Below, one piece after another: positions 26,646-41,764 of a DNA stretch of 64,000 bases. The translations under genes were made by a program, and so were the position numbers. The DNA comes from Eledone cirrhosa (Eukaryota): the NCBI GenBank assembly GCA_964016885.1, contig OZ024759.1, positions 18,290,001-18,354,000 of the forward strand, in the 5' to 3' direction. The notes beneath the pieces are model-generated. The model did not search any database and was not told where the DNA came from. It saw only the letters and a program-made list of their open reading frames with translations. Within the stretch, counting starts at the first letter, position 1. Each line of letters begins with the position of its first letter.

Positions 26646-27690
26646 ATATTGTTTGTAATAATTGTTTCTACTTTTGGCACAAGGCCAGCAATTAATCCAG
26701 AGTATTACTGGTACTTTATTTTATCGACCCCCGTAAGGATGAAAGGCAAAGTTAACCTTGGCAGGATTTGAACTCAGGTCATAAAAGGAGGTAACTCTAT
26801 ATTGTTTGTAATAATTGTTTCTACGTTTGGCACAAGGCCAGCAATTGCCCAAATAATGATCTGTCATGATTGGTAGTCTTCATCATCATCATTTAACGTC
26901 TGCTTTCTCTGCTGGCAAGGGTTAAATGGGTCAATAAAGACCGTGTTGGTACTGAAGCAGGGCTATTGACCTCCCAGACAGGTCAGTGGGGTCAGCATCT
27001 TGAATTTAAATCAGACCCTTTTATTGAAATCACACTGGGTTAGATTCTTCTTCTACCATTGTCTTTACCCAGGATAGCTTTGTATTATAATTAATTAGTT
27101 GTGATTAATTATAATTAATTAGCAGGATGTTGTTGTAATAATAGTTTCTGCTTTTGGCACAAGGCCAGCAATTACCCCAGTGCATTACTGGTGCTTTATT
27201 TTATCGACCACGTAAGGATGAAAGGCTAAGTTGACCTCGGTGGGATTTGAACTCAGACTGTAAACGAATATTCATAATGATGTTCTGTCATGTTTGATAG
27301 TCATCATCATCCTCGTTTATTGGCCACTTTCCCTGCTAGCAAGGGGTAGATGGGTCAATAAAGACCATGTTGGTACTAACGCAGGGCTATTGACCTCCCA
27401 GTTTGGCCGGTGGGGGTCAGCAACATGAATTTTAAATGAGACCCCTTTATTGAAAGCACATATTGTTAGATTCTTCTTCTACAATTGTCTTTGCCCAGGA
27501 TATCTTTGTATTATAATATAATTAATTAATTAGTAATTTGTGATATTGTTTGTAATAATGAGCTGTCATATTTGATAATGTTCTTAGAATTTTGAACTAG
27601 ACCCCTTTAATGAATCACACAGGGTAGATTCTTCTTCCACCATTGTCTTTAGTCAGGATAGCTTTGTATTATAATTAATTAGTTATGTGT
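26645..27690. repeat. Degenerate tandem duplication (~480-bp units) containing minus-strand Nin-type SINEs
   Basis: Repeated block: tgtaataat...SINE...gggtcaataaagacc...tagattcttcttctac...ctttgtattataatt. Confidence 0.7.
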
Positions 27691-28299
27691 GATGATATTT
27701 GTAACTATGATAATTCCTGGCTCTATTTCATGTCTAACATTTCCTGGTAAATGCACTGTCTGACAAAATTCTGCCAACATTTTCAACAAAAAGTCAGGAG
27801 TCATCACCTCTAAGAATAATCAATGGTTTCAGTTATTTCGGGGTCCTTTACTCGCAGACATTTTAGTTGCTTCTCTGGTCTAGCTAATATTATCGATCTC
27901 TGCAATACCAATATTTATATTTATAGACCCTCACTATCTCTTTACTTCTCAATAACATAACAATTGTGCTAATTAAAATTTGCGTTTGTCAAAGATGAAG
28001 ACGTTATTTAATTAACCAGGCGAAGAATAGAATTGCTCTAGTTTTGTGCTAAAATCTATTAATTTCATCTCCGATCGTAATATTCTTAGAACTACCAAAG
28101 GAATGATTGGTAGAAGAATGGAAAATGGCAATCTGAAAATCACCACCACCACCACCATTATCATGACCACCATCATCATCATTATGATCATCTTCATCAT
28201 CATTATAATCATCTTCATCACCATCATTACCATCACCATCATCATCATCACCATCATCATCATCAGCATCATCATCACCAACATTGCCATCATTGTTAT

Positions 28300-28715
28300 C
28301 TGGCTGTATCGTTAGAGGGTCAGACGCCATGCTTTGCAGCATAGAGTTACAACCCTTTATGGTCTGAGTTCAAATCCCGCCGAGGTTAACTTTGCCTTTC
28401 ATCCTTACAGGGGGTCAATAAAGTAAAGTACCAGTAATGCACTGGGGTAATTGCTGGCCTTGTGCCAAAAAGTAGAAACAATTATCGTCCTCTTCATCAC
28501 CATTATTACCATCACAATTACCATCATCATCATCATCATCATGACCATCACCATCATCATCACGATCATCTTCATCTCTACGTCCCTTTACGATCTGAGT
28601 TCAAATCCCACCGGGGTTAACTTTGCCTTTCATCCTTACGGGGTCGATAAAATAAAGTACCAGTAATGCACTGGGGTAATTGCTGGCCTTGTGCCTAAAG
28701 TAGAAACAATTATTA
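28300..28715 (+). mobile_element. Two Nin-type SINE copies separated by (CAT)n
   Basis: GAGTTCAAATCCC B box plus gcctttcatccttac domain, present twice. Confidence 0.8.
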
Positions 28716-28804
28716 TTACCATCATCATCATCATTTTCGTCATCTTCATCTATTTCTCAAGTCCCACACCCCCACCACCCTGTTTCTAATATCTCACATA
28801 CCCA

Positions 28805-29245
28805 CAGCTCTATATGTGATATCCCACACTGTCACCACTCTATATCTGATATCCCACACCACCACCACTCTATATCTGATATCCACACCTCCACCCCTCT
28901 ATATCAGATATCCACACCTCCACCCCTCTATATCTGATATCCCACACCACCACCACTCTATATCTGATATCCCACACCACCACCACTCTATATATATCTG
29001 ATATCCCACACCACCACCACTCTATATCTGATATCCCACACCACCACCACTCTATATCTGATATCCCACACCACCACCACTCTATATCTGATATCCCACA
29101 CCACCACCACTCTATATCTGATATCCCACACCACCACCACTCTATATATATCTGATATCCCACACCACCACCACTCTATATTTGATATCCCACACCACCA
29201 CCACTCTATATCTGATATCCCACACCGCCCCCACCACTCTATATA
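28805..29245. repeat. 27-bp minisatellite (ctctatatctgatatcccacaccaccacca-like)
   Basis: Direct inspection; the minus-strand ORF repeats the 9-aa unit ISDIEWWWCG-like. Confidence 0.85.
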
Positions 29246-29249
29246 TAAT

Positions 29250-29730
29250 GTACAACATTCCCACCACCTTAAGAAACACTGCTATAGAACAGATGTCAGT
29301 CTATCTGAGGGCAAACACCTTTCTCTCCGGACAACAACTCATCCCCTTCTTTAAGTACCACTTCAGAAGGAAGGTGAGAGTGGAGAGAGAGGTGCTAGAC
29401 CCCAGTAAATTCGCTGAAAGGTGGGTGAATGTGGCGAAAATGGCCCAAGCGAATGAGCCTTCTCTGTATATAAACCTGTAGGTTGAGGAAGACAAACAGA
29501 GGGAAGACAGAAACACCTACAAAACGTGTTCCTGGCGTTGAGGGTTGTTCTATCCACGGGATGTAAAACAACCCTGCAGTAACGTTCCCCCCTATTAGGG
29601 ATTTCAATTGTTTTATTTTATATATAATTTATTGTTATTCATTATTGTTAAAGATTTTTTTATGTAAAACCCCCACAGTCATGTCTTGTAATGTCCCTTT
29701 TTTGTATGCCCTTGTGGCAAATAAATAAAG
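29250..29730 (+). mobile_element. Tx1/L1-like LINE 3' end
   Basis: FFKYHFRRKVRVEREVL...FAERW peptide, then 3' UTR with AATAAA; homologous to 61090-61615. Confidence 0.6.
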
Positions 29731-30404
29731 ATATCTTTACTTTATGCTTTCTTTTCACCTGAAAGCATTTGAATCAAGCTTTTTATATTCTTTTATGAAA
29801 AGAAAAGGAGGAACCTAAGAAGAAAAAAATTATATAATCCCAAGTATTTCCAGGATTCAATTCTATAGAAATCTTTCTTGTTTTTCTTTCTTTTTTCTTT
29901 TTTCTCTTTTTTTCTTTTTTTCTTCTTTTTTCTTTTTATTTTTTATTCTTTTTTTCTTTTATTTTTTATTTATTTATTTATTTTTTTTTCTGTTTCTTTT
30001 ATTCTTTTTTATTTTTATTTTTCATTCTTTTTTCTCTTTTTTCTTTTTTTCTTTACTTTTTATTTTCATTTTTATTTTTTATTTTTCATTTTTTATTTTT
30101 TCCTTTTCATTCTTTTTTCTATTTCTTCTTCATTCTTTTCTTCTTTTTTCTTTCTTATTCTCCTTTTTTTCGTTTTTTTTTTTCATTCTTCTCCTTTACA
30201 TAAGCCCCAGCATCTTTGGTGATGAGCTTAAATGAAAATATATATAAGTATAAAAAGGTTTTGGCTTTGTGCAATAGTTCCCTAATAAAATATTCTCCTT
30301 ATCTGCAATTATTAGCTGACCTGTTGCAACAGTACATTGCATTGATTCCAATGTGTGACTCACAGAATAATGTCTCACTCCTAGGAGTGATGTACTGATA
30401 CAGG

Positions 30405-30935
30405 GATGGTGGTGGTGGTGGTGGTGGTGGTGGCAACGGCGGTGTTTGTGGTGGTGGTGGCAATGGCAGTGGTTGTGGTTGTGGCATGGGAGCAGTGTAG
30501 ACAGTTGTTGTTGTGGTAAGAGTGTTTGTGGAGGTGGTGGTGGTGGTGATGGCAATGGTGGCGGGAGTTGTGGTCATAGCAGCGGTGGTGATGGTGGTGA
30601 TCCTGGTAGTGGCACTGGTGGTGGTGGTGGTAAGAGTGGTGGTGATGGCAATGGTGGCGGGAGTAGTGGTCATAGCAGCAGTGGTGGTGGTGGTGGTGAT
30701 CGTGGTAGTGGCACTGGTGGTGGTGGTGGTGGTGGTGGTGTTGATGGCAATGGTGGCGGGAGTGGTGGTCATAACAGTAGCGGTGGTGATGGTGGTGATC
30801 CTGGTAGTGGCACTGGTGGTGGTGGTGGTAAGAGTGGTGGTGGTGGTGATGGCAATGGTGGCGGGAGTGGTGGTCATAGCAGCAGTGGTGGTGGTGGTGG
30901 TGATCGTGGTAGTGGCACTGGTGGTGGTGGTGTTG
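30405..30935. repeat. (GGT)n-based minisatellite with alternating units
   Basis: gatggcaatggtggcgggagt...gtcatagcag / gatcctggtagtggcact repeats. Confidence 0.9.
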
Positions 30936-31283
30936 GTAATAGTGACAGCATCAACAATGATACATATAGCTGTCTTCCACTCTGTCTTTGTACCCTAACA
31001 TAATCTATCACATTATGATGGCATGTATGTATACATGTGTGTTTGTGTATATATATATATATACAATAATATCTACATGCTTATAGTAGTGCCAATAATA
31101 CTATTAGAACTCCATAGAGATTATTCCAACATTATCATACAGTAAAGAGCTATTGTTTTTGTAGTAGGCTTTCATTGTATAAAATTGCATTGTATATTCT
31201 AATTGAACTACAGAGTCATATATATATATATAATAGATATATATGTATATATATATATATAATATCTATATATATATAATAAA

Positions 31284-31810
31284 TCATCATCATCATCATC
31301 ATCATCGTTTAACGTCCATGTTCCACGCTTACATGGGTTTGGACAGGAGTTTTCCCACTTGAGGCAAGAGTGGTTGTCATTGCTCGCATAGGACTGTCTG
31401 GCGGGTTTTCTACAGCTGGATGCCCTTCCTAACACCAACCACATTTACAGTGTGGGGCTGGGAGGTTTTTACCGTGTTGCCTACACGGCCACATTACAGC
31501 GTGGACTGTGTGTTTTTTTGTCGTGACACCTACACGATCTCATTTGTTTCGGCCTGGATGTTGTGGCACCAACATATCTTTACATTGAAAGGGGCGGTGT
31601 GGATGGGGTGGTGGTGGTGGGACGGGGGTGTATTTTGTTAGAGATGCCTACTGACTGTAGTAGATTTTACTTTGTATTTAGGTAAGGCGGGTCTTCTCTA
31701 TTACTGCGTACCGCCAAAGGTCTCAGTCCAGTGACATTGTCTTGGAGAGGTGTAAGTGTGTGAGGTCGGAATTTATCAGCTCGTCCCAGGTTTTTCTGGG
31801 TCTGCCTACA
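31284..31810 (-). mobile_element. Non-autonomous retroelement with RTE-like tail (diverged subfamily)
   Basis: (CAT)n then tacagctggatgcccttcctaacaccaacc; similar to 378-820 and 25745-25965. Confidence 0.7.
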
Positions 31811-31896
31811 ATAAATATATATATATAATAAATATATATATATATATAATATATATATATAAATAATATATATATATATAATATAATATCTATATA

Positions 31897-31933
<37 letters not shown>

Positions 31934-32313
31934 ATATATATATATATATATTTATTAAAATAACAGATTAAAGTTTAAACAAAGAATCGCTGCTTTCACC
32001 CTTAATGGGTTCTTATATATTTGATATATATTTATCCTTATTGAGCCTCTTTGGATTTTAGTCTTCAAATGTATTAATATAACTATATATATATATATAT
32101 ATATATTATTAGAACAGATTAAAGTTTAAGCAAAGAATTTCTGCTTACACCCATATCTGCTCTACAGGCAGGTTTATATATGTTTTTATATATATATATA
32201 ATCCTTATTGAGCCCTCTTCAGATTTTGGTCTTCATAATTATTATTACTATCTATGATATGAATAGGTAAAATAACTTGACTTTGTTATTTTTATTTTTG
32301 ATTTGATACCTAA

Positions 32314-32760
<447 letters not shown>

Positions 32761-32909
32761 TATGTATGTATACGTACATACGTGTACATACATACATACA
32801 CATACATACATACATACTTATATTTAAGTAACTGCCATACTAAGAGTGAGAAATGACGAATATTCCATTTATATATATCTATATACATATATATATATAT
32901 ATATGTATA

Positions 32910-33216
32910 TATGGGTACATGCTGAAGCATATAAACAATATGCCCCCCCCCCCCCACCGCAAGGTGGTCGTGGAGGTGCCACGGCAAAAAAGCACCCAGC
33001 CCACACTGTAAAGTGGACGTGTAGGCGCCACGAAAAAGCACCCAGCACTCACTGTAAATGAGGTTGGTGTTAGGAAGGGCATCCAGCTGTAGAAATCAAG
33101 CCAGATCAGTTCCTGTATGAGCAAGGCATGGTCAGCCGACCAGACACTGCCCACAACAGGACAACCCGTCTAACCCATGCTAGCGTGGAAGAACGGACGT
33201 AAAACGGTGATGATGA
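32910..33216 (+). mobile_element. Non-autonomous retroelement, copy of 378-700
   Basis: Same translated pseudo-ORF as 452..727; (GAT)n tail. Confidence 0.85.
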
Positions 33217-33476
33217 TATATATATATATATATATAAATAAATTATGCATACAAACTAATCGAAGAGGAGAGATAAGTGATTAGTTCTGTGAATTATATG
33301 ACAGTAGTGAAGGGGACAGTCTGCTCAATGCGTATTAGATGCAAGACAAGTGAACAAACTCAGTAAGCCTGAGAAATAATGTCAAGCCAAAAATTGTGTA
33401 AGCAGAGCTTTAACACATGAATTAAATGCAAGACAAAACAATGCCAAATTCTTGAACAAAAAATATATACTTAATG

Positions 33477-34410
33477 ACAGTTGGAAGCAAGAGGACTGAG
33501 AGAGAATCTAGCTAAGGCAAAAGTGTTGATGAGTAGAAAAGAGGACAAAACTCTGATGCCGTCAGGGAAATGGCCATGTTCGATATGCAGAAAAGGAACT
33601 GGCATAAATTCTATAAAATGCACACAATGCAGATCCTGGATACACAAGAGATGTAGCGGGATAGCAGGCAAACTAACAGGTAGGGAGAAATATGTATGCA
33701 GTAGATGTACAGGGAAATTAGACAGTAGAAGTCGCACTGATAGACACATTTTTCAAATGCAGGAGGGCGCTATAGAAGTGGTGGATAGCTTCCGGTACCT
33801 AGGAGATCAGATTAGCATGGGAGGAGGGTGTTCCGAGGCCATAGTATCTAGAATAAGGACGGGTTGGAAGAAGTTTAGGGAGCTGCTTCCTCTGTTGACA
33901 AAGAAGGGTTTCTCGCTGCATACGAAAGGCCGGTTGTATGATGCCTGTGTGAGGAGCGCGATGCTGCATGGTAGTGAGACATGGGCAGCAACTGCAGAGG
34001 ATATGCGACGGCTGGAGAGAAATGAGGCAAGCATGCTCCGTTGGATGTGCAGTGTAAATGTGCGTGAACAACCCTGCCTAAATGTGTTGAGAGAGAAACT
34101 GTGTCTGAGTGGGATAGAATGTAGTGTACGGGAGAGGAGACTGAGGTGGTATGGACATGTGATGCGCATGGAGGATGGCCGATGGGTGAAGAAGTGCCAG
34201 GAAATGCCAGTTGAAGGAAGACGTGGTAGAGGTAGACCACGAAAACATGGGCCGAGGTGGTGAGAACAGACCTCAGATCATTGAAGCTCACGGTGGAGAT
34301 GACGAAGGACCGTGACGAGTGGAGAAATGCTGTGCTGAATAAGACCCGTCCCACCCTTGCAAGCAGGGAAAAGCGGACGTAAAATGATGATGATGATGAT
34401 GATGATGATG
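33477..34410 (+). mobile_element. 5'-truncated RTE-clade LINE with 8-bp target-site duplication
   Basis: ORF 33481-34263 has KAKVL, VDSFRYLG, MLHGSETW, RRLRWYGHV and RGRGRPRK motifs; (GAT)n tail; TSD ACTTAATG at 33469-33476 and 34411-34418. Confidence 0.93.
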
Positions 34411-34581
34411 ACTTAATGCCTGACAATTGTTTTGGGAACCATGTCAGTATTTCTCACAGATTTCCTTGATTTTATAGTTGTTAATTGTCATCTCTATGTG
34501 AGGAATACTGATATGGTTCCTGAAACAATTGTAAGCCATTAAATATATTTGTTCAAGAATTTGGTATTGTTTTCTGTAACA

Positions 34582-34638
<57 letters not shown>

Positions 34639-34688
34639 CTGTCTAACCCAAGTTAGCGTGGAAGATGGACGTTAAACGATGATGACAA

Positions 34689-34761
<73 letters not shown>

Positions 34762-34786
34762 GTATATATATTTATATGTATATATG

Positions 34787-34833
<47 letters not shown>

Positions 34834-35073
34834 ATATATATATATGTACATATATATATATTATATATATATATGTACATATATATATATATTATATATA
34901 TATATGTATATATATATATGTCTGTATTGAACAATGAAAATAAGACAAAAGGCGAAGACAGCTGCCTAATTAGTTCATTGTTTTATGATCATTTCAGAAG
35001 GTTGATTGATCATGATTTATCGATCTCTTGACTAATTGATAGTAGTTATGCCACAACACACATACACACATAT

Positions 35074-35154
<81 letters not shown>

Positions 35155-35156
35155 TG

Positions 35157-35210
<54 letters not shown>

Positions 35211-35344
35211 GTATATATATATATATGTGTATATATATATATATATATAATGTATATATATGTATATATTATATATATATGTATATATATGTATATATAC
35301 ATATATATATGTACATATATATATATATATATATGTACATATAT

Positions 35345-35378
<34 letters not shown>

Positions 35379-35631
35379 GAATGTAAAAGGTAAACAAAAA
35401 TAACAAAGCAGATAATACAGAACATTGAAGATATATATTAGTTTAACACTTTGAAATAGCAGGAAAAGAATCGTAACATTTTGGACACTAGTCCTTCGTT
35501 TTGGACACGAGTCGTAGAGTTAGAAATAGAAGTTAAATAGGGAGATCGGTATCTTCATCATCACCAATTTTACGTCCATGTCTTTGAAAGGAGTCTAAGA
35601 GAATAGTGAGAAGTAACAGATACATTCTGCC

Positions 35632-35667
<36 letters not shown>

Positions 35668-35754
35668 ATAATAATAAATTTCAAGACTAAAATCCAAAGA
35701 GGGCTCGATAAGGATAAATATGTATCAAATATATAAGAACCGTAGAGCATTTTA

Positions 35755-35812
<58 letters not shown>

Positions 35813-37263
35813 AGATCAAAAGATGGTTAAATGAGTTCCATCTTTTGATCTTATATATTATGTATACTCCAGTCCTACAAACTGTAGAGTGCTTCTTATC
35901 CGATATCTGCATTGCTTTATTGTACTACAATAAAACTCACCTCCTACATATATATATATATATAAGAGAGTATTGAAGTTTGCTTGAAGCATTGTGGAAT
36001 AATAAGGTAAATTTCTTTTAGTCGTTTGGAAGCCTCGACAATGCAGATGGGTAAATCTCCAGGTAACAAGATCCGGTGGTGGAGAGAGAGATGTAAGTGG
36101 GTGTACTTTGAGATGTGTGGCGTGTATAAGACTGTAGCGTGTAGAGGAATGAAGGAAAGAGCGTAAAGGATAAAAATAAAAATAACAACACAAGATAGAG
36201 TTACCTTGGGAGAGATTTAATTGTCCCTATATATTTCGGATTCACATCCATCAACTGGGGTTTTTTTCCGAGGGTGGGGAAAGGTTGTCTGTTGGACAGG
36301 TGCGAAACGTGTCCTCCGCTGTTCGTTGTTTTGAATATATATATATATATAGACAGTGCACCCCCTGGCAATCACGGTCCCGCTTATTTGTGGGATTTTC
36401 CTTAGAACCTAACTAATAATTGTTTGTGGAATCATAAATATCTTTGGCGATTTTTTTTTTATGACTTTTTTCGTGGCAATATATATTTTTTCACGCTTTT
36501 TCATGTTAAATTATAAATAACAGTATACTGTATTTACTGGCCTATATTTTATGTTATGGTTTGATGTTTATAGGCATTTTTATGGAACACGTCCAATATT
36601 CGTGGTTTTTCACTCTTCGCAGTTGCTCTAGTAACATAAGCCCCGCGAGTACTGTTGCACTACTGTATATATGTCTATGCATAGAATATGTGAATATATG
36701 TGTGCATATATCCACGGGGTACAACTGTATATACATACATACATTCGTACATATATATATATATGGAAAAAATGAAATGAAATTTCATTTCTCACTCTTA
36801 GTACGGCTGTTACTTAAATATAAGTATGTATACGTACATACATACTGTAGGCTTAATTCGGGATGTTTGTTTAGAAACAAACTGAGCATTATAATAAATG
36901 GTCGGTAAATCCATACGTACATATATATATGTGTACATGTATGTATATATATACATACTACTGTACGTCTGTATACATATATGTATGCACGTATACATAC
37001 TTATATTTATATATATATATATATAAGGCACACATACTAAAGGTTTAAAGCCTATAATATTTATTGCCAGTGCCTTTTATTGCCATTTTAGTTATCTCTT
37101 AGATACATGTGTATATGGGTATATATATATATATGTATACATGTGTCGGTGCTTATATATATATATTTATGTATGTACATATACACATATATGCACACAC
37201 ACATATATATATAGAGAGAGGGAGAGATAAGTTATTCTGGGTTCAATCGGGGGGGGTGGGAGG

Positions 37264-37309
<46 letters not shown>

Positions 37310-37974
37310 CAGTGTTAAGTCTTTGATTAATGAGATGTTAAATGTTTTAGATAAAATGAAATACTTTACATGAAAAGCAGGAAACTCAATAAACCAATAA
37401 ACATGTCTTCCCTCTTCCTTTCTCCCTCTTTCTTTCCCTTTTTCTTTCCTTTTTTCTTTCTCCCTCTACCTTTATCTCTCTCTTTCCCTTTCTCTCTCTC
37501 TCTCACTCACCTTTCTCTCTCTCTCTACCTTTCTCTCTTTCCCTTTCTCTTTCGCTCTCTATTTTTATCACCCTATCTCCCTTTCTCTCCTTTTCTCTCT
37601 CTCCCTTTCTCTCTCCCTCTTTCTCTCTCTCTCTCTCCCTTTCCTTTTTACCCTTTGCCTTTCTCTCTCTCTCCCTTTTCTCTTTCACACGCTATCACTC
37701 TGTCTCTCCGTTTCTCTGTTTTCATCACTCTCTCTCTTTCTCTCTCATTCTCTGTGTCTCTCTCTCCCTCACTGTCTCATTCTCTGTGTCTCTCTCTTTC
37801 TCTCTCTCCCTCACTCTCTCATTCACTGTGTCTCTCTTTCTCTCTCGGTGTCTTTCTCTCTCTCCCTCACTGTCTCATTCACTGTGTCTCTTTCTTTCTC
37901 TCTCTCTCTCTCTCACTCTCTCTTCTCCTCTCCCCACCTCTTTCATTTTCTTTCCTAGTTTCTTTTGCATGTGT

Positions 37975-38751
37975 TTTGATGTTGTTATAGTTGTTGTTGT
38001 TGTTATGGTTGTTAGTGTGAATGTTCTTGTTGTTCTTGTTGTTGTTGTGGTGGTGGTTGCTGTTGTTGTTAGTGTGAATGTTGTTGTTGTTATGGTTGTT
38101 GTTGTTGATATTGTTGTTGTTGCTGTTGTTGTTGTTAGTGTGAATGTTGTTGTTGTTGTTGTTGTGGTGGTTGCTGTTGTTGTTAGTGTGAATGTTGTTG
38201 TTGTTATGGTTGTTGTTGTTGATATTGTTGTTGTTGCTGTTGTTGTTGTTAGTGTGAATGTTCTTGTTGTTCTTGTTGTTGTTGTGGTGGTTGCTGTTGT
38301 TGTTAGTGTGAATGTTGTTGTTGTTATGGTTGTTGTTGTTGATATTGTTGTTGTTGCTGTTGTTGTTGTTAGTGTGAATGTTCTTGTTGTTCTTGTTGTT
38401 GTTGTGGTGGTTGCTGTTGTTGTTAGTGTGAATGTTGTTGTTGTTATGGTTGTTGTTGTTGATATTGTTGTTGTTGCTGTTGTTGTTGTTAGTGTGAATG
38501 TTGTTGTTGTTGTTGTTGTGGTGGTTGCTGTTGTTGTTAGTGTGAATGTTGTTGTTGTTATGGTTGTTGTTGTTGATATTGTTGTTGTTGCTGTTGTTGT
38601 TGTTAGTGTGAATGTTGTTGTTGTTGTTGTTGTGGTGGTTGCTGTTGTTGTTAGTGTGAATGTTGTTGTTGTTATGGTTGTTGTTGTTGATATTGTTGTT
38701 GTTGCTGTTGTTGTTGTTAGTGTGAATGTTGTTGTTGTTGTTGTTGTTGTT
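37975..38751. repeat. (GTT)n-based minisatellite with higher-order ~120-bp unit
   Basis: Alternating gttagtgtgaatgtt blocks; poly-V/T ORFs are artefacts. Confidence 0.9.
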
Positions 38752-38901
38752 CCCAATTCCTAGTATTGTTCTCTCCCATCACTGGAAGCTATCTGATACA
38801 CTACATGCTAACATTTTTAGACTAAACATTTAAACATTTAACCATCAAATAAAATATGTCTGTTAGTCGGTCTGTCTGTCTTCTTGCAAGTCTGTCTGCA
38901 G

Positions 38902-39003
<102 letters not shown>

Positions 39004-39149
39004 TGGCTGCCAACTCGTTTTCGAGTACGGCCACTACTTTATATCCATATAGGAGAACCCCTACCGATGCAGTGAACGAGTGTGACCTTTTAGTCCAGCC
39101 AGCGACTTGAAAACTCTGGTACAAACACTACACGTGTGACAATTATTGA

Positions 39150-39794
<645 letters not shown>

Positions 39795-40821
39795 CACACA
39801 CATATATATATATATATCTACAGGTGTGTGTGTGTGTGTGTATGTATGTCTGTCTGTAGGTGTATATATGTGTGTGTGTATGTGTCTGTATGAGTGTGCG
39901 TGTGTGTGTGTGTGTCTGCTTTCCTATTTCTGTATGTGTATATGCTTTATCAGGTTCATAGGTGGGATGAATTCAAAATTAAAGGTGAGCTAAAAGGTTG
40001 ATTTTGAAGATAGAAGATTGTCACATGTTCATAGTCCCCTCTTTCAGTCTCTGAATCTTAGATCAATATACAGGATACACCCATCAATGGCTGATAGAGA
40101 AGGACCTCAGCACTTTCCATTATACTGAAGAAATCTTCAGTATAATGGAATGGAACTAATCATTGGATTGGACTGAGGAAACAATGTTTCCATTGGTTTT
40201 TCCATTGCTGATACTATCTGTTGTAACTCATGAGAGAAGAGAGTAAAGGATCTGATTATTAGATTGGACCGAGGAAGCAATGTTTCCATTGGTTTTGTCA
40301 TTGCTGATACTATCTGCTGGTCAAAAATTCTAGCTGAAGAGAGGAAAGAAGTCAATTGCTAGATTGGGCCAAGGAAACAATGTTTCCATTGGTTTTCCCA
40401 TGTAGTCATGACTCAGTCCCTGACAAAAAGGGGGCAGGATTTGAACTCAAAACCCACAGAGTTGAATCATATACAGCACAGCATCCCATCAGATTCAAAG
40501 AATTTTTCCAGTCTACAACTTCTCCACTGGTACTTTATTTATCGATCTCATAACAAAGTTTACCTTGGTGCGATTTGAACTCAGAACACAGTGGACCAGA
40601 ACAAATAGCAAAGCATTTAATCTAGTTCTGCTAGTTCACTGCCATATAAGAATGATATGAACAGTCATTCAAACTGGGAAAATTGATACATTTATTATTG
40701 ATTACAGACACATTGAAGTGATTAAAGATAAGAATGATATTTTAATAATATATTTCTCAGATATATTTGTTTTGCAAGGTTTTTGATATGAAATCATGTG
40801 TTGAAACAGATTTTGTTATAT

Positions 40822-41028
40822 TTGGAGAGGGTCATATTGCTGAAAAATAGTAAAACACACTCACTGTTTGGTTTGGTTTTCGCTTATATTTTTAACTGTT
40901 GGTTGATCAATGATAAACATTGACTGCAAGCTAAATTATATAAATATACTGAAGTGAAAACCAAACCAAACAGTGAGTGTGTTTTACTATTTTTAGGTAA
41001 TATTAGGATAACATGACCCTCCCCCAAG
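40822..41028. mobile_element. Fold-back/MITE related to 21559-22068
   Basis: gagggtcat...aaaacacactcactgtttggtttggttttc / gaaaaccaaaccaaacagtgagtgtgtttt...atgaccctc. Confidence 0.75.
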
Positions 41029-41110
41029 ATAACAATTAGATAAATGTTCAGCATGTATGTACAAATGACATATATGATTAGATGTTTGAATAATTTTAGG
41101 GAAGTAACTA

Positions 41111-41326
41111 TTAACCTTTGAGCATTTAAACCAGCCATAGCTGACCAGAATTCTCTCACCTCTTTCAGTTCAAACTGGCTATAACCGGCCACTCATACTG
41201 ATGTTAAGGTATTGTTTTTAAAAAGAATATCATCAAAATCTCATAGCTTTGATATTATATGAGATAAAGCCTTTACTGCAAAAATACAATAGTAAATATA
41301 GAGTAATGTAAATGCTAAAGGGTTAA
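41111..41326. mobile_element. piggyBac-type MITE
   Basis: TTAA-CCTTTGAGCATTTA ... TAAATGCTAAAGGG-TTAA. Confidence 0.7.
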
Positions 41327-41764
41327 CAGGGATTGCAAGATGTAAGGCTAGAACCCAGCACCTTGTCATTGGAAAGTAAACTTTTTATTGTATCAATATT
41401 TATGTGTGTATGAGAGTTCAAATCCCGCCGAGGTTGACTTTGCCTTTCACCCTTACGGGGTCGATAAAATAAAGTACCAGTAATGCACTGGTTAATTGCT
41501 GGCCTTGTGCCTAAAGTAGAAACAAATATTTATGTGTGTAACATTTCAAACATTACAAATAGATATGAGTGCTTGTACCCATCTTTTTCCATTCAATGGG
41601 TGTATATGCATAGGGTGGTGGATTGGCAGTATCGGTAGAGGGTCGGACGCCATGCTTTGCAGCAAAGAGTTACGGGGTCGATGAAATAAAGTACCAGTAA
41701 TACACTGGGATAATTGCTGGCTTTGTGCCAAAAGTAGAAACAATTATTAGACTACATTATATAG

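Noticed and set aside
28012-28342. Asp-rich or Met-rich ORFs
   Set aside because: (CAT)n microsatellite next to a SINE
30299-31003. Gly-rich or Thr-rich structural protein ORFs
   Set aside because: Translations of a (GGT)n minisatellite
37786-38763. 325-aa poly-Val and 293-aa poly-Thr ORFs
   Set aside because: (GTT)n minisatellite artefact
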